This document shows positions 38,205-49,101 of a stretch of 64,000 nt of DNA, piece by piece. The stretch is from an uncultured Gammaproteobacteria bacterium (GTDB taxonomy: Bacteria; Patescibacteriota; Patescibacteriia; UBA1558; GWA2-36-10). The translations under genes and the position numbers were made by a program. The stretch lies in contig CAZWYP010000001.1 in assembly GCA_964638415.1 (NCBI GenBank), forward strand, positions 148,650 through 212,649, in the 5' to 3' direction. The notes under the pieces are model-generated. The model had not been told where the DNA came from. It saw nothing but the letters and a program-made list of their open reading frames with translations, and searched no databases. The stretch's first letter is position 1. Every line of letters starts with the position of its first letter.

Positions 38205-39487
38205 GAAAATTCTGGCAGCCAGCATTTTATTTTTTCACTTATCTGACTTTATTCTTACTGCCTTGGCAGACGCGGTGGATTTTTTTTGAACAGCCGCTTA
38301 ATGGCCAAGTGTGGGAATACGGACGCTTAGGATTATACTCCTCCATGCTTACTCTACTGGCAGCAGTTATTTGTTTTTATCTGGCTAAGATAAAAACAGG
38401 GGAGAAGAAAATAATTCTGCAGTATTGGCCATTATGGCTATTATTTTCTTATTTATTTATTACCAGTTGGCTAAGCGAATTGCCAATAGTTTCTCTTTAC
38501 TATTTTAATTTAATTGTCTTAGCTTTTCTTTTTTCTTTTTTGCTTCAATACTTAGAAATAAAAAAGATTCTTGTTGTTTTATCTTTAAGCGGGCTATTAC
38601 AAGGACTACTAGCGCTTTGGCAATTAATTACTCAGCAGGTGGTTGCTAATAAATGGTTAGGGTTAGCTGAGCACTTACCTAATAACTTAGGTACCTCCGT
38701 AGTTGAGTTAGATAGCCTACGCTGGTTGCGAGCTTATGGCAGCCTGCCTCATCCCAATCTGCTTGGCGGTTTTTTAGTAATTTGCATTTTAGCTGCACTT
38801 AGCTGGTGGCTGCTCACTTACCAGCGGGCGGCGCAAGATTATTGGCAAGAAGCTAAGAAATTTGTCTGGGAGATTATTTTAATAATCTTCAGTCTGACTG
38901 TTATGACTTTCGGGTTATTAGCTTCTTTTTCCCGCAGCGCTATCCTATCTTTGTTCTTAGTTATTATTTTAGGGATTATCTGGTATGGGTATAAGAGAAT
39001 AAAATTATCTTGGATTGTTTTATTAAAGTATCTGGCGATATTATTCTTATGCCTCACTGCTTTTAATTTTATCTTGCCTGGCAGTTTGACTGCACGCTGG
39101 CAGCTACAGAATCGGCTGGAAGTAAAGTCAGTCAATGAGAGAGTATTAAGCTGGCAGCAGCTTGACTGGCAGAATGCTAAGCAATTATTTTTTGGCCAAG
39201 GCTTAGGTTTAAACAGTTATGTAAATAATTATAAGTTGCCGCCCTATGCCGTGCAGCCTATTCATAATTACTGGCTGTTAGCTTTAGCGGAGATAGGCGT
39301 AATAGGGGTAATATTATTGCTGTTGGTTTTCTGGCAAGTATTTAGAAGGTTAAAAAATGCTCAAGCTATTGCTAGTCTGCTGGTTTGGCTAGCTATTGGC
39401 CTCTTTGATCACTACTGGTGGACAAGCTGGACAGGTTGGCTAATTTTAGCCATAATATTAGCACATAACCAGCCTAAATTAACTTAA
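38201..39487 (+). CDS. O-antigen ligase/polymerase (WaaL/Wzy-like) multi-TM protein; its start ATGA overlaps the upstream stop
   Basis: About 10 TM helices, a large periplasmic loop with conserved basic/aromatic residues, Wzy_C-like region. Confidence 0.65.
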   Translation: MRKFWQPAFYFFTYLTLFLLPWQTRWIFFEQPLNGQVWEYGRLGLYSSMLTLLAAVICFYLAKIKTGEKKIILQYWPLWLLFSYLFITSWLSELPIVSLYYFNLIVLAFLFSFLLQYLEIKKILVVLSLSGLLQGLLALWQLITQQVVANKWLGLAEHLPNNLGTSVVELDSLRWLRAYGSLPHPNLLGGFLVICILAALSWWLLTYQRAAQDYWQEAKKFVWEIILIIFSLTVMTFGLLASFSRSAILSLFLVIILGIIWYGYKRIKLSWIVLLKYLAILFLCLTAFNFILPGSLTARWQLQNRLEVKSVNERVLSWQQLDWQNAKQLFFGQGLGLNSYVNNYKLPPYAVQPIHNYWLLALAEIGVIGVILLLLVFWQVFRRLKNAQAIASLLVWLAIGLFDHYWWTSWTGWLILAIILAHNQPKLT

Positions 39488-39497
39488 AAAACTTTTC

Positions 39498-39538
39498 TTG
39501 ACAAACGATTTTTAGCACTCTATAATGTAGAGTGCTAA
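39498..39538 (+). promoter_or_regulatory. groESL promoter (TTGACA, 17 nt, TATAAT) overlapped by a perfect CIRCE operator TTAGCACTC-N9-GAGTGCTAA (39512-39538)
   Basis: Exact consensus for the sigma70 promoter and for the HrcA-binding CIRCE element, read directly. Confidence 0.9.
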
Positions 39539-39556
39539 TTAATTTAATTAAAAAAT

Positions 39557-39832
39557 ATGATGCTAAAACCATTAGGAGATAGGGTGGTTGTCAAGCCTCT
39601 GCCTAAAGAGGAAATGACCAAGTCTGGAATTATTTTGCCAGACAGCGCTAACAAAGAAGCTCGCCAAGAAGGAGAAATTATTGCTTTGGGTAATGGTGAA
39701 AAGTTGCAGAAACTGGATTTGCAAGTCGGCCAGAAAGTAGTTTTTTCCGAATACGGCGGCTCAGAAGTAAAATTAGATGGACAAGAGTATAAGATTCTTA
39801 ACCACGATGATTTACTGGCAGTTATTCAGTAA
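39557..39832 (+). CDS. groES: Co-chaperonin GroES
   Basis: 91 aa; mobile-loop and roof-hairpin pattern. Confidence 0.95.
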   Translation: MMLKPLGDRVVVKPLPKEEMTKSGIILPDSANKEARQEGEIIALGNGEKLQKLDLQVGQKVVFSEYGGSEVKLDGQEYKILNHDDLLAVIQ

Positions 39833-39836
39833 TTAA

Positions 39837-41489
<1,653 letters not shown>

Positions 41490-41507
41490 ATTATATTTTT
41501 AAGATAA

Positions 41508-41543
41508 AGAATCTCACTTAAGCGGTGAGATTTTTTATTTTCC
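41508..41543 (+). terminator. Intrinsic terminator after groEL (TCTCACTTAAGCGGTGAGA with a T-tract)
   Basis: Stem-loop plus T-run. Confidence 0.7.
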
Positions 41544-41576
41544 TCTAAATATTGTATAATATACTTAAAGTTTTTT

Positions 41577-42233
41577 ATGCCAGATAATAATTTCCAATAT
41601 CAAAGCAATGATAAATACCCTTGGGAATACGATGACCAAGTGGAGATTTGGGTAGCGGATTTTCATGTGAGAAAAGCAGAAGCTAAACAGGCAGCCATTG
41701 CCGATGGTTTGGTTGCTGACACTGAAGAGATTACCGAAGTTATACCACCCACAGAGGAAGTTGCGGAAGAAATAGATGTTTTATTTGCTGAATCTATTAA
41801 GCAGCGGGAAGAGAATTTAGCGGCGCTTAAGGCTAAGCGGGAATTCAGCTGGATTCTGGCTACTTTAATTCTAGCTATTTTTGTCTTAGCTGGGGAAATC
41901 GCCTTATATGATTTAGGGGATAAATATTTCTGGCCATTAAATTATCTGACGCTGTCTTTTTGGTTATGGCGTTTCTTTATCCTTATTATCTGGTTATGGC
42001 TGTCGCAAAAAAAATGGCATTTTGATAGCACTAAAGTCTATGCTACTACCGTGGCCGGCTTCACTTTGGGAGTGCTGGTAGCGGCAATTTGGAAGATAGT
42101 AATTATTGGTTCAATCTGGACTTGGCTTAACTTATTAATTGAGCCAGTCTGGATGGTTTTAATTATTGCCTTAGTAGGCAGTTTATTCACTAAATTTATT
42201 TTGCCGGACAAATATGGCCGGTACCAAGGTTAA
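41577..42233 (+). CDS. Hypothetical membrane protein (acidic N-terminal domain, 4 TM helices)
   Basis: ORF and hydropathy only. Confidence 0.5.
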   Translation: MPDNNFQYQSNDKYPWEYDDQVEIWVADFHVRKAEAKQAAIADGLVADTEEITEVIPPTEEVAEEIDVLFAESIKQREENLAALKAKREFSWILATLILAIFVLAGEIALYDLGDKYFWPLNYLTLSFWLWRFFILIIWLWLSQKKWHFDSTKVYATTVAGFTLGVLVAAIWKIVIIGSIWTWLNLLIEPVWMVLIIALVGSLFTKFILPDKYGRYQG

Positions 42234-42249
42234 TTATTAAAGAAAAATT

Positions 42250-42564
42250 ATGGCGGAAGCAAATATTACTCCCAATCCCAAAGATATTGAAGAGAATAAA
42301 ACTATAGCGGCGATTGGCTATGTCTGGATTTTATGCCTAGTGCCTTTATTGTTAAAAAGAAAATCTCCCTTTGCCCAATTCCACGCTAAGCAGGCTTTGA
42401 TCCTGTTTATTATTGAAGTGATCGGCTGGGTAATCCCCGGCCTAGGAATTATTTTAATCATCCTAGCAATGATTTATGCCGTTATTGGTATTGCTATGGC
42501 TTTGGAGGGTAAATACTGGAAAATGCCTTTTCTCTACCAGTTCGTAGAAAAGTTAAATTTATAA
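42250..42564 (+). CDS. Small integral membrane protein (DUF4870-like, 2-3 TM helices)
   Basis: ORF and hydropathy; AKQALILFIIE motif. Confidence 0.45.
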   Translation: MAEANITPNPKDIEENKTIAAIGYVWILCLVPLLLKRKSPFAQFHAKQALILFIIEVIGWVIPGLGIILIILAMIYAVIGIAMALEGKYWKMPFLYQFVEKLNL

Positions 42565-42567
42565 CTA

Positions 42568-43362
42568 GTGCCTTATTCTTTACTTACAGCTTATCCGACA
42601 GCCTGGTTTAGCCGTCGGCGTAATTTGCCGCTGAGCCGTATTTCTCATAACGCGGCAGTGCTTTTACAATTAGATTCGCTTAGTCTAGTAAAGAAATTAA
42701 AAAATAAGATACCAACTGTCTTAATTTGGCCGGAACAGCAGATTAGAATCGGTAAGATTAAAGCTAATGGCTTGGTATTGCTTAAAGGGCAGCAGGTAGC
42801 CTTAGCTGGTAATAATCATCTGCACAATGTTAATGTTTTTAACTGGCACGAGCAAGTCATTCCGTTGACTGGAGATATTAGTGAACAGGTAAAAATTTCT
42901 GATCGCATTTTTATTAATCACGGCCAAGTGATCTTAATTGTCAGAGAGAATAAGCAGGGGATTATTAGGGCGGAAGTCAGTCGGGGAGGCAAAGTAGCTA
43001 GTAATAGTTTAATCACCTATGCCCGTCAGCAGATAGCTATGGATTTATCTTCCCAGGTAATTGACAATTTAAAGCAGCAAGAAGTTGACTACCTTGCTCT
43101 ACCTGCTGGAAAATACAAAAATATTGTGCAGGCTAAAAAGATTATTGGCAAAGACAAAGCAAAATTAGTTTTGAAAATAAGCCAGTTAAAGCAGTTGGAT
43201 TATCTGGGAGACGCTTGGCCTTTAATTGACGGTGTCTTATTTGATGCTTTGACTCTGGCTACTCAAGTGCCTACAGCCAAAATGGTGATGATTGAAAAAC
43301 AGCTTAATAAGCTAGCTCAGGAAAAGAAAAAGGTTTTAATGATTTATGGAAGATTAAAATAA
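42568..43362 (+). CDS. Hypothetical protein (GTG start)
   Basis: ORF only. Confidence 0.4.
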   Translation: MPYSLLTAYPTAWFSRRRNLPLSRISHNAAVLLQLDSLSLVKKLKNKIPTVLIWPEQQIRIGKIKANGLVLLKGQQVALAGNNHLHNVNVFNWHEQVIPLTGDISEQVKISDRIFINHGQVILIVRENKQGIIRAEVSRGGKVASNSLITYARQQIAMDLSSQVIDNLKQQEVDYLALPAGKYKNIVQAKKIIGKDKAKLVLKISQLKQLDYLGDAWPLIDGVLFDALTLATQVPTAKMVMIEKQLNKLAQEKKKVLMIYGRLK

Positions 43363-43429
43363 TATTAGCAATTATTGATATTTTTCTGGTATAATATAAG
43401 CAATAATTTAATTAAAATAAAAAAGATTT

Positions 43430-45835
43430 ATGGGCAAACCAAAGATGATACTCTGGTTCAAGGAAACCGGAATCAAAGATATTCCCAAAGTAGGCGGCAA
43501 GAACGCTTCCTTAGGGGAAATGTACAGCAAATTAACCAAGCAGGGCGTCCGAGTTCCCAACGGTTTTTCCGTCACCGCTGCTGCTTATGATTACTTCTTA
43601 GAAAGCACCGGTGTAAAAAAACAAATCAAGCAGATTCTCAAAGGTTTGGATTCAGACAATATTCCGGAATTGCAGTCCAAAGGCAAGCAAGTCAGGGAAG
43701 CGATTTTAGCGGCGGAATTTCCTGCAGACTTAAAGCAGGAGATTGTTGAGGCTTACCATAAATTATCTAAAGAATTTAAAACTGCCAATACCGATGTAGC
43801 AGTGCGTTCATCAGCAACAGCTGAAGATTTGCCGGATGCTTCTTTTGCCGGCCAGCAGGAAACTTATTTGAATATTAAGGGAGAAAAAGATTTATTAGTG
43901 GCCTGCAAGAAATGCGTATCCTCTTTATTTACTGACCGGGCTATTTCTTACCGGGGAGATAAGAAATTTGACCATTTCAGCATTAAATTATCTATTACCG
44001 TCCAGAAGATGGTTAGATCAGATAAAGGTGTTTCCGGCGTAATGTTTTCCATTGATACCGAATCCGGCTTTAGGGACGCGGTATTAATCAATGGATCTTA
44101 CGGTTTGGGTGAATATGTAGTTTTAGGCGCTGTTAATCCCGATGAATATTATATTTTCAAACCAAGTTTAGCCGCCGGCAAAAATGCCATCATTAGCCGC
44201 AACTTAGGATCCAAGGCCCGTAAATTGATTTACAACGATGCCAAAGCTGCTAAAAGCACTAAAGGCGTATTAGTTTCCAAAGAAGACCGCAACAGATTTT
44301 GTTTGACTGATTCGGAAGTAACGCAACTGGCTAAGTGGGCAGTACAGATTGAAAAGCATTACAAAAAGCCGATGGATATGGAATGGGCCAAAGACGGTAT
44401 TACCGGCAAGTTATTTATTGTCCAAGCTCGCCCAGAAACTGTCCGTTCCCAGGATGATAAAAGATTTTTATTGGAGTATGTTTTAAAAGAGAAAGGCAAG
44501 TTATTAACTACCGGTGCTTCTGTTGGCGCTAAGATCGGCTCGGGAACAGCGCATATTATTAAGGATGTTTCTCAAATCAACCAATTTAAAAACGGCGAGG
44601 TATTAATTACGGAAATGACTGATCCAGATTGGGAACCGATTATGAAAGAAGCTTCGGCGATTGTGACTGAATCTGGCGGCCGGACTTGCCATGCGGCCAT
44701 TATTTCCCGTGAATTAGGCATCCCTTGCGTAGTTGGTACCAAAGATGCAACGCAGAAGATTAAGAATGGCCAAGTTGTCACCGTTAGTTGTGCCGAAGGA
44801 GAACAAGGTCATGTTTACCAGGGAGCGTTGAAATTCGTGGTCAATAAAACGGACTTAAGGAAGATTAAAAAACCGCAGACGAAGATCATGATGAATATTG
44901 GCAATCCGGAAATGGCGATGGCGCAGAGTTTCATACCCAATGACGGAGTAGGATTAGCCAGAGAAGAATTTATTATCTCTACTTATATTAAGATCCATCC
45001 GTTGGCTTTATTGAATTTCAGCAAGGTAACCAGTCCCAAAGTCAGGCAGCAGATTACCGATATGACAGCCGCTTATTCCAGCAAGCCCCAATTCTTTATT
45101 GATAAATTAGCTGAAGGCATTGCTCGCATTGCTGCCAGCTTCTACCCGCAGGATGTTATTGTTCGTTTGTCGGATTTCAAATCTAATGAGTATGCCAATT
45201 TAATTGGCGGTCAGTATTTTGAGCCGGTGGAAAGTAATCCAATGATTGGCTGGCGCGGTGCTTCCCGCTACTATGATCCTAAATATTTGCCGGCTTTTAA
45301 GCTAGAGTGCAAGGCTTTGGTTAAAGTCAGGGAGCAAATGGGTTTGACCAATGTCAAAGTCATGGTGCCTTTTTGCCGAACAGTGACGGAAGGAAAGAAT
45401 GTTTTGAAAATCATGGCCGATAATGGTTTAAAGCGCGGTAAGAATGGCTTAGAAGTTTATGTTATGTGCGAAATTCCCTCCAATGTTATTTTAGCTGATG
45501 AATTCTCTCAGATTTTTGACGGCTTTTCCATTGGTTCTAATGATTTGACGCAATTAGCCTTAGGAGTTGATCGCGATTCAGAATTGGTTTCTCATGTCTA
45601 TGATGAGCGCAATGCGGCAGTTAAGAATTTGATTTCCCAGGTGATTAAAGCAGCTAAAAAGAATAAAAGGAAAATAGGCATTTGCGGACAAGCACCTTCA
45701 GACTTTCCTGACTTTGCCCAGTTCTTAGTAGAGCAGGGTATTGATTCTATCTCGCTTAATCCAGACACGGTTATTAAGACCATGATTGCCATCAACCAAA
45801 CAGAAAAGAAGCTGAAATCGTCCCGCCGTAAATAA
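43430..45835 (+). CDS. ppsA: Phosphoenolpyruvate synthase (pyruvate, water dikinase)
   Basis: ATP-grasp N-terminus, phosphohistidine region GGRTCHAAIISRELGIPCVVG, PEP-utilising TIM barrel; 801 aa; extended -10 TGGTATAAT about 35 nt upstream. Confidence 0.92.
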   Translation: MGKPKMILWFKETGIKDIPKVGGKNASLGEMYSKLTKQGVRVPNGFSVTAAAYDYFLESTGVKKQIKQILKGLDSDNIPELQSKGKQVREAILAAEFPADLKQEIVEAYHKLSKEFKTANTDVAVRSSATAEDLPDASFAGQQETYLNIKGEKDLLVACKKCVSSLFTDRAISYRGDKKFDHFSIKLSITVQKMVRSDKGVSGVMFSIDTESGFRDAVLINGSYGLGEYVVLGAVNPDEYYIFKPSLAAGKNAIISRNLGSKARKLIYNDAKAAKSTKGVLVSKEDRNRFCLTDSEVTQLAKWAVQIEKHYKKPMDMEWAKDGITGKLFIVQARPETVRSQDDKRFLLEYVLKEKGKLLTTGASVGAKIGSGTAHIIKDVSQINQFKNGEVLITEMTDPDWEPIMKEASAIVTESGGRTCHAAIISRELGIPCVVGTKDATQKIKNGQVVTVSCAEGEQGHVYQGALKFVVNKTDLRKIKKPQTKIMMNIGNPEMAMAQSFIPNDGVGLAREEFIISTYIKIHPLALLNFSKVTSPKVRQQITDMTAAYSSKPQFFIDKLAEGIARIAASFYPQDVIVRLSDFKSNEYANLIGGQYFEPVESNPMIGWRGASRYYDPKYLPAFKLECKALVKVREQMGLTNVKVMVPFCRTVTEGKNVLKIMADNGLKRGKNGLEVYVMCEIPSNVILADEFSQIFDGFSIGSNDLTQLALGVDRDSELVSHVYDERNAAVKNLISQVIKAAKKNKRKIGICGQAPSDFPDFAQFLVEQGIDSISLNPDTVIKTMIAINQTEKKLKSSRRK

Positions 45836-45841
45836 ATATAT

Positions 45842-45871
45842 AAACCCCTGACAATTATTGTCAGGGGTTTT
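45842..45871 (+). terminator. Intrinsic terminator AACCCCTGACAATTATTGTCAGGGGTTTT
   Basis: Palindrome plus T-run after the ppsA stop. Confidence 0.8.
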
Positions 45872-45964
45872 GACTAAGCAGGAATATTTTGTTAGTTTTA
45901 ATAATGAGATCTTTGTAAAGGGCAGATTTAATCTGCTCACCATATAGTCAACCAAGGAGTGATT

Positions 45965-46321
45965 ATGCCATTAGAAGAAGAGGAGCAGGTTTTCAAGGAA
46001 GAGCTGTTGGCACGCTTCGGTAATGATCGGGCTTTTCGGTTGCGCGCAACCAAAAAGCACGGGCAACGGACGGTGTCTTTGGTTTTTGAACGCGAACGCT
46101 TGGCTATTGCCGACGGTCGCTTGCATGAATTGCAAAGACAATTGAAATTTAATTTCACCAAGCAGCGCATCATTTTATCTGGCAAGCTAGCCGATATTGA
46201 GCATGCTGTTTACCGGCTTTTATCCAGCAGTGAAATTGTTTCTCCCACGCCCTTGCCTAAGATCAAATTGCCGATCAGGAGGCGTTCAATTAGATTCGCT
46301 GCTGTGCCTGCTGTCCACTGA
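45965..46321 (+). CDS. Hypothetical protein, GC-rich island gene 1
   Basis: ORF 45959-46321, trimmed to ATG 45965 after AAGGAG. Confidence 0.45.
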   Translation: MPLEEEEQVFKEELLARFGNDRAFRLRATKKHGQRTVSLVFERERLAIADGRLHELQRQLKFNFTKQRIILSGKLADIEHAVYRLLSSSEIVSPTPLPKIKLPIRRRSIRFAAVPAVH

Positions 46322-46477
46322 TAATATATTGGTTGCTGCCCGCTTAGAAAGGAGCGGGCTTTTTGTTTTATTATTGACTAAAGCTTTTTTTTCTGCTAAT
46401 ATTCAAAATTGTCAAATAGTACACTTTATTATTTTACCCGGCCAATTTTGGCCATAAATCAACCAGGGAGTTTGCTA

Positions 46478-46822
46478 ATGAGTCCACACAAGCAGCAGAT
46501 GATTGATGGTTTATCGCGTAAGCTGCTGGAAGTTTTTTCCAGCCACAAGATGTTCACGGTACGCGTTGTCGGCGACGGCCAATTTCGGCTGATCATCAAC
46601 CGCAAGCACTTCAACATCGACGAAGTCAAGCTGTTTGATCTCAAGCCGCTTTCATCCGATTCCGGCCAAGTTCACTTCGTCGGTACTGAAGACAAGGTTC
46701 TGGGCTTTGCCAAGGATTTTTCCGCCGCTTCCCAAAAGCGCCCACTGGAACCGAAGATCAGAAATTCCAAGAATCCCCAGCCGACCCAGCATACCAGCGA
46801 TCACGTTCAGCAGACCATTTGA
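46478..46822 (+). CDS. Hypothetical protein, GC-rich island gene 2
   Basis: ORF 46409-46822, trimmed to ATG 46478 after GGGAG; followed by terminator CCCCAC...GTGGGG with a T-run (46843-46880). Confidence 0.45.
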   Translation: MSPHKQQMIDGLSRKLLEVFSSHKMFTVRVVGDGQFRLIINRKHFNIDEVKLFDLKPLSSDSGQVHFVGTEDKVLGFAKDFSAASQKRPLEPKIRNSKNPQPTQHTSDHVQQTI

Positions 46823-46918
46823 CATTGCGCCGTTGATATTTCCCCACCCCGTTAAGCTTAGCTTAGTGGGGTTTATTTTTTAAATAAAAAAACTTCTGGT
46901 GCAGAAGTATAAATTTAA

Positions 46919-47009
46919 TGGCGGAGAGTGAGGGATTTGAACCCTCGAGGGCTTTGACACCCTACTCGCTTTCCAAGCGAGCGCACTAGACCACTATGCG
47001 AACTCTCCA
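46919..47009 (-). tRNA. tRNA-Ser (anticodon GGA), long variable arm, encoded CCA
   Basis: Reverse complement folds as a cloverleaf: acceptor GGAGAGU/ACUCUCC, anticodon stem CUCGC/GCGAG, loop UUGGAAA, T-loop GGGTTCAAATCCC; promoter TTGACT, 16-17 nt, TATACT upstream (47027-47054); terminator CTTCTGCACCAGAAG with a T-run downstream (46887-46912). Confidence 0.9.
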
Positions 47010-47146
47010 GAAATTGACGTTTCTTAGTATAATTTTTTGCTGGAAAAAAGTCAATGTAGATTATTAGCAGCTAATCTAATTGACTTTATTGGTAATAAAA
47101 GCTATTTTTATTTTATAATAAAAGTAATAATTAATGCTAAAATTTT

Positions 47147-47779
47147 ATGAATAAAACTATTATTGGAGTAATTATTGCCGTTATTTTACTAGGCGGCGGC
47201 TGGTGGTTAATGAGTAATAACCAACCGGCAGAACAGAACAGTCAGGTTAATGAAGAAAACACCGAATCAGCAACTATGAAAAGCTCATTAACTTCTCTGC
47301 TTAAATTAGGCAGAAATATGACTTGCACTTACCGCTATAGCGCTGAAGAAGGCGAACAGTCGGGCACAATATATATTGCCGGCAATAAAATGAGCGGAGA
47401 TTTTAATATGATGGCTGATGGCAAACCATTTGTCGGGCATATGATCCAGGATGGTGAATGGAGTTATACCTGGGGCGGTCCAATGTCGGAGAAGCAGGGG
47501 GTGAAAATAAAACTATCAGAGATTGAAGATAAGCAGTCAGGTGATGTTCCAGAACAGAGCAGCATTGATCCGGATGTTGAATATGATTATGATTGCGATA
47601 ACTGGTCGCCGGATAATGATAAATTTACTCCACCGGCTGATGTGGTTTTCCAAGACCTAAGTCAGTTAATTCCGTCCTTGCCTACCAAAGAGACTAATGA
47701 TAATTCCCAATGCGCGGTTTGTGATCAGGTGCCGGCTGGAGAGGCGCAAGAGCAATGCCGTCAGGCTTTAGGCTGCTAA
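47147..47779 (+). CDS. Hypothetical secreted/membrane-anchored protein, Cys-containing
   Basis: Signal/anchor IIGVIIAVILLGGGWWL; first gene of the NOX cluster. Confidence 0.5.
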   Translation: MNKTIIGVIIAVILLGGGWWLMSNNQPAEQNSQVNEENTESATMKSSLTSLLKLGRNMTCTYRYSAEEGEQSGTIYIAGNKMSGDFNMMADGKPFVGHMIQDGEWSYTWGGPMSEKQGVKIKLSEIEDKQSGDVPEQSSIDPDVEYDYDCDNWSPDNDKFTPPADVVFQDLSQLIPSLPTKETNDNSQCAVCDQVPAGEAQEQCRQALGC

Positions 47780-47792
47780 TTTTATAGCTAAA

Positions 47793-49097
47793 ATGAAAAA
47801 AATAAAGTTTTATTTTTTCTTATTACTGATTTCTTTATTAGTACTCTGGCCGGTGATTGGCTTGTATTTTAATGGGAGCTGGCAGGGAATGTTTGCTTCC
47901 TGGGTTAGCTTGTCTAATGCTGCGGGAAAAATTTTAGGCTTAATTGGTCTAGCTACTTTTTCCTTAGGCTTAATCTTATCTGCCCGCTTTGTTTGGATGG
48001 ATAAATTATTATCTGATTTTACCAAGATCTTGAAAGTCCATCGCTGGCTGGGGGTTATTTCTTTTTCTTTTATTCTTTTTCATCCTTTATTATTAGCTTT
48101 CAGCTTACTGCCGGCTTCCAGCCAATATGCCTGGGGACTGTTTTGGACTTGGTCCGATGCTTCTCTAGTCTTTGGTTATCTGGCTCTCTTATTATTCATG
48201 CTGCTAGTCTTGATGACTTTTTTCTGGCGCTTGCAATATGAACGCTTAAAAATGCTGCATAGCCTATTAGCTGTGCCTTTGATGCTGGGGGGTATTCATG
48301 CTTTGTTAATCGGCAGTGATGTTAAAGCACATGCTTGGCTGGCTTGGTATTATATAATTTTAATTTCTTTGGGAGTTTTGGCTTACCTTTGGCGCATCTA
48401 TACTGTTTCCTGGGGGATTAAAAGCAAGCAGTATATTATTGATGCTATTTCTCAACCGACGCCGCAAACCGTTAAAATTACTTTCCGCCCTAAAGCCAAA
48501 AGCTTAGCTGTCCAGGCTGGCCAGTTTATCTTTGTCAGCTTTGAGCAATTAGGAAAAGCTGAAGAGCATCCGTTCTCCGTGGCTGGCATTGATCAGGATA
48601 AGATAACTATTGTTGCCAAAGCTTTAGGAGATTTTACCCAGAGGTTAGCCACGCTTAAGGTTAATAGTCTAGCCATGATTGACGGCCCTTATGGTTCTTT
48701 CGGTCAAGTCAGTGAGCGCTACAAGCATCAGGTGTGGATTGCTGGCGGTATCGGCATTACACCGTTCTTAAGCTTAGCTCAGGAGTTTGCCAAGAATAAT
48801 AAACCTAATGATAAAGTGGATTTAATTTATGCCGTAGCCAAGTCTGCAGACTTTGTAGGTCTAGATAAATTAGAGCAACTAGCCAAAGCCTATCCGCAGT
48901 TTAGAGTTATCCCTTATGTTAGTGAAGAGCAGGGTAGATTAGATGTTAACCAGATTAAAAAAATAACCAATGATTTTACTGACTGTGTTTTTTGCTTATG
49001 CGGACCGCAGGGTATGGTAGCCAGCTTAGTGGCTCAGCTGAAGAAAGCTTCTATTCCCAAATCTCGTATTAATATTGAAGCTTTTGAATTATTGTAA
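47793..49097 (+). CDS. NADPH-oxidase/ferric-reductase-family flavocytochrome (TM bis-His heme domain, FAD domain, NAD(P)H domain)
   Basis: Two His pairs spaced 13 apart in TM helices (HRWLGVISFSFILFHP; HSLLAVPLMLGGIHA), HPFS FAD motif, GGIGITPF NAD motif, C-terminal CGP. Confidence 0.75.
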   Translation: MKKIKFYFFLLLISLLVLWPVIGLYFNGSWQGMFASWVSLSNAAGKILGLIGLATFSLGLILSARFVWMDKLLSDFTKILKVHRWLGVISFSFILFHPLLLAFSLLPASSQYAWGLFWTWSDASLVFGYLALLLFMLLVLMTFFWRLQYERLKMLHSLLAVPLMLGGIHALLIGSDVKAHAWLAWYYIILISLGVLAYLWRIYTVSWGIKSKQYIIDAISQPTPQTVKITFRPKAKSLAVQAGQFIFVSFEQLGKAEEHPFSVAGIDQDKITIVAKALGDFTQRLATLKVNSLAMIDGPYGSFGQVSERYKHQVWIAGGIGITPFLSLAQEFAKNNKPNDKVDLIYAVAKSADFVGLDKLEQLAKAYPQFRVIPYVSEEQGRLDVNQIKKITNDFTDCVFCLCGPQGMVASLVAQLKKASIPKSRINIEAFELL

Positions 49098-49101
49098 TTA
49101 T

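Noticed and set aside
43375-43590. 71-aa ORF overlapping the ppsA start in another frame
   Set aside because: It overlaps the strongly supported ppsA N-terminus and its promoter and has no independent signals.
45937-46883. Alternative-frame ORFs 45937-46185(-), 46197-46457(+), 46459-46644(-), 46635-46883(+)
   Set aside because: They overlap the two Shine-Dalgarno-preceded ORFs (45965-46321 and 46478-46822) in a GC-rich stretch where spurious ORFs are expected. No start signals were seen.
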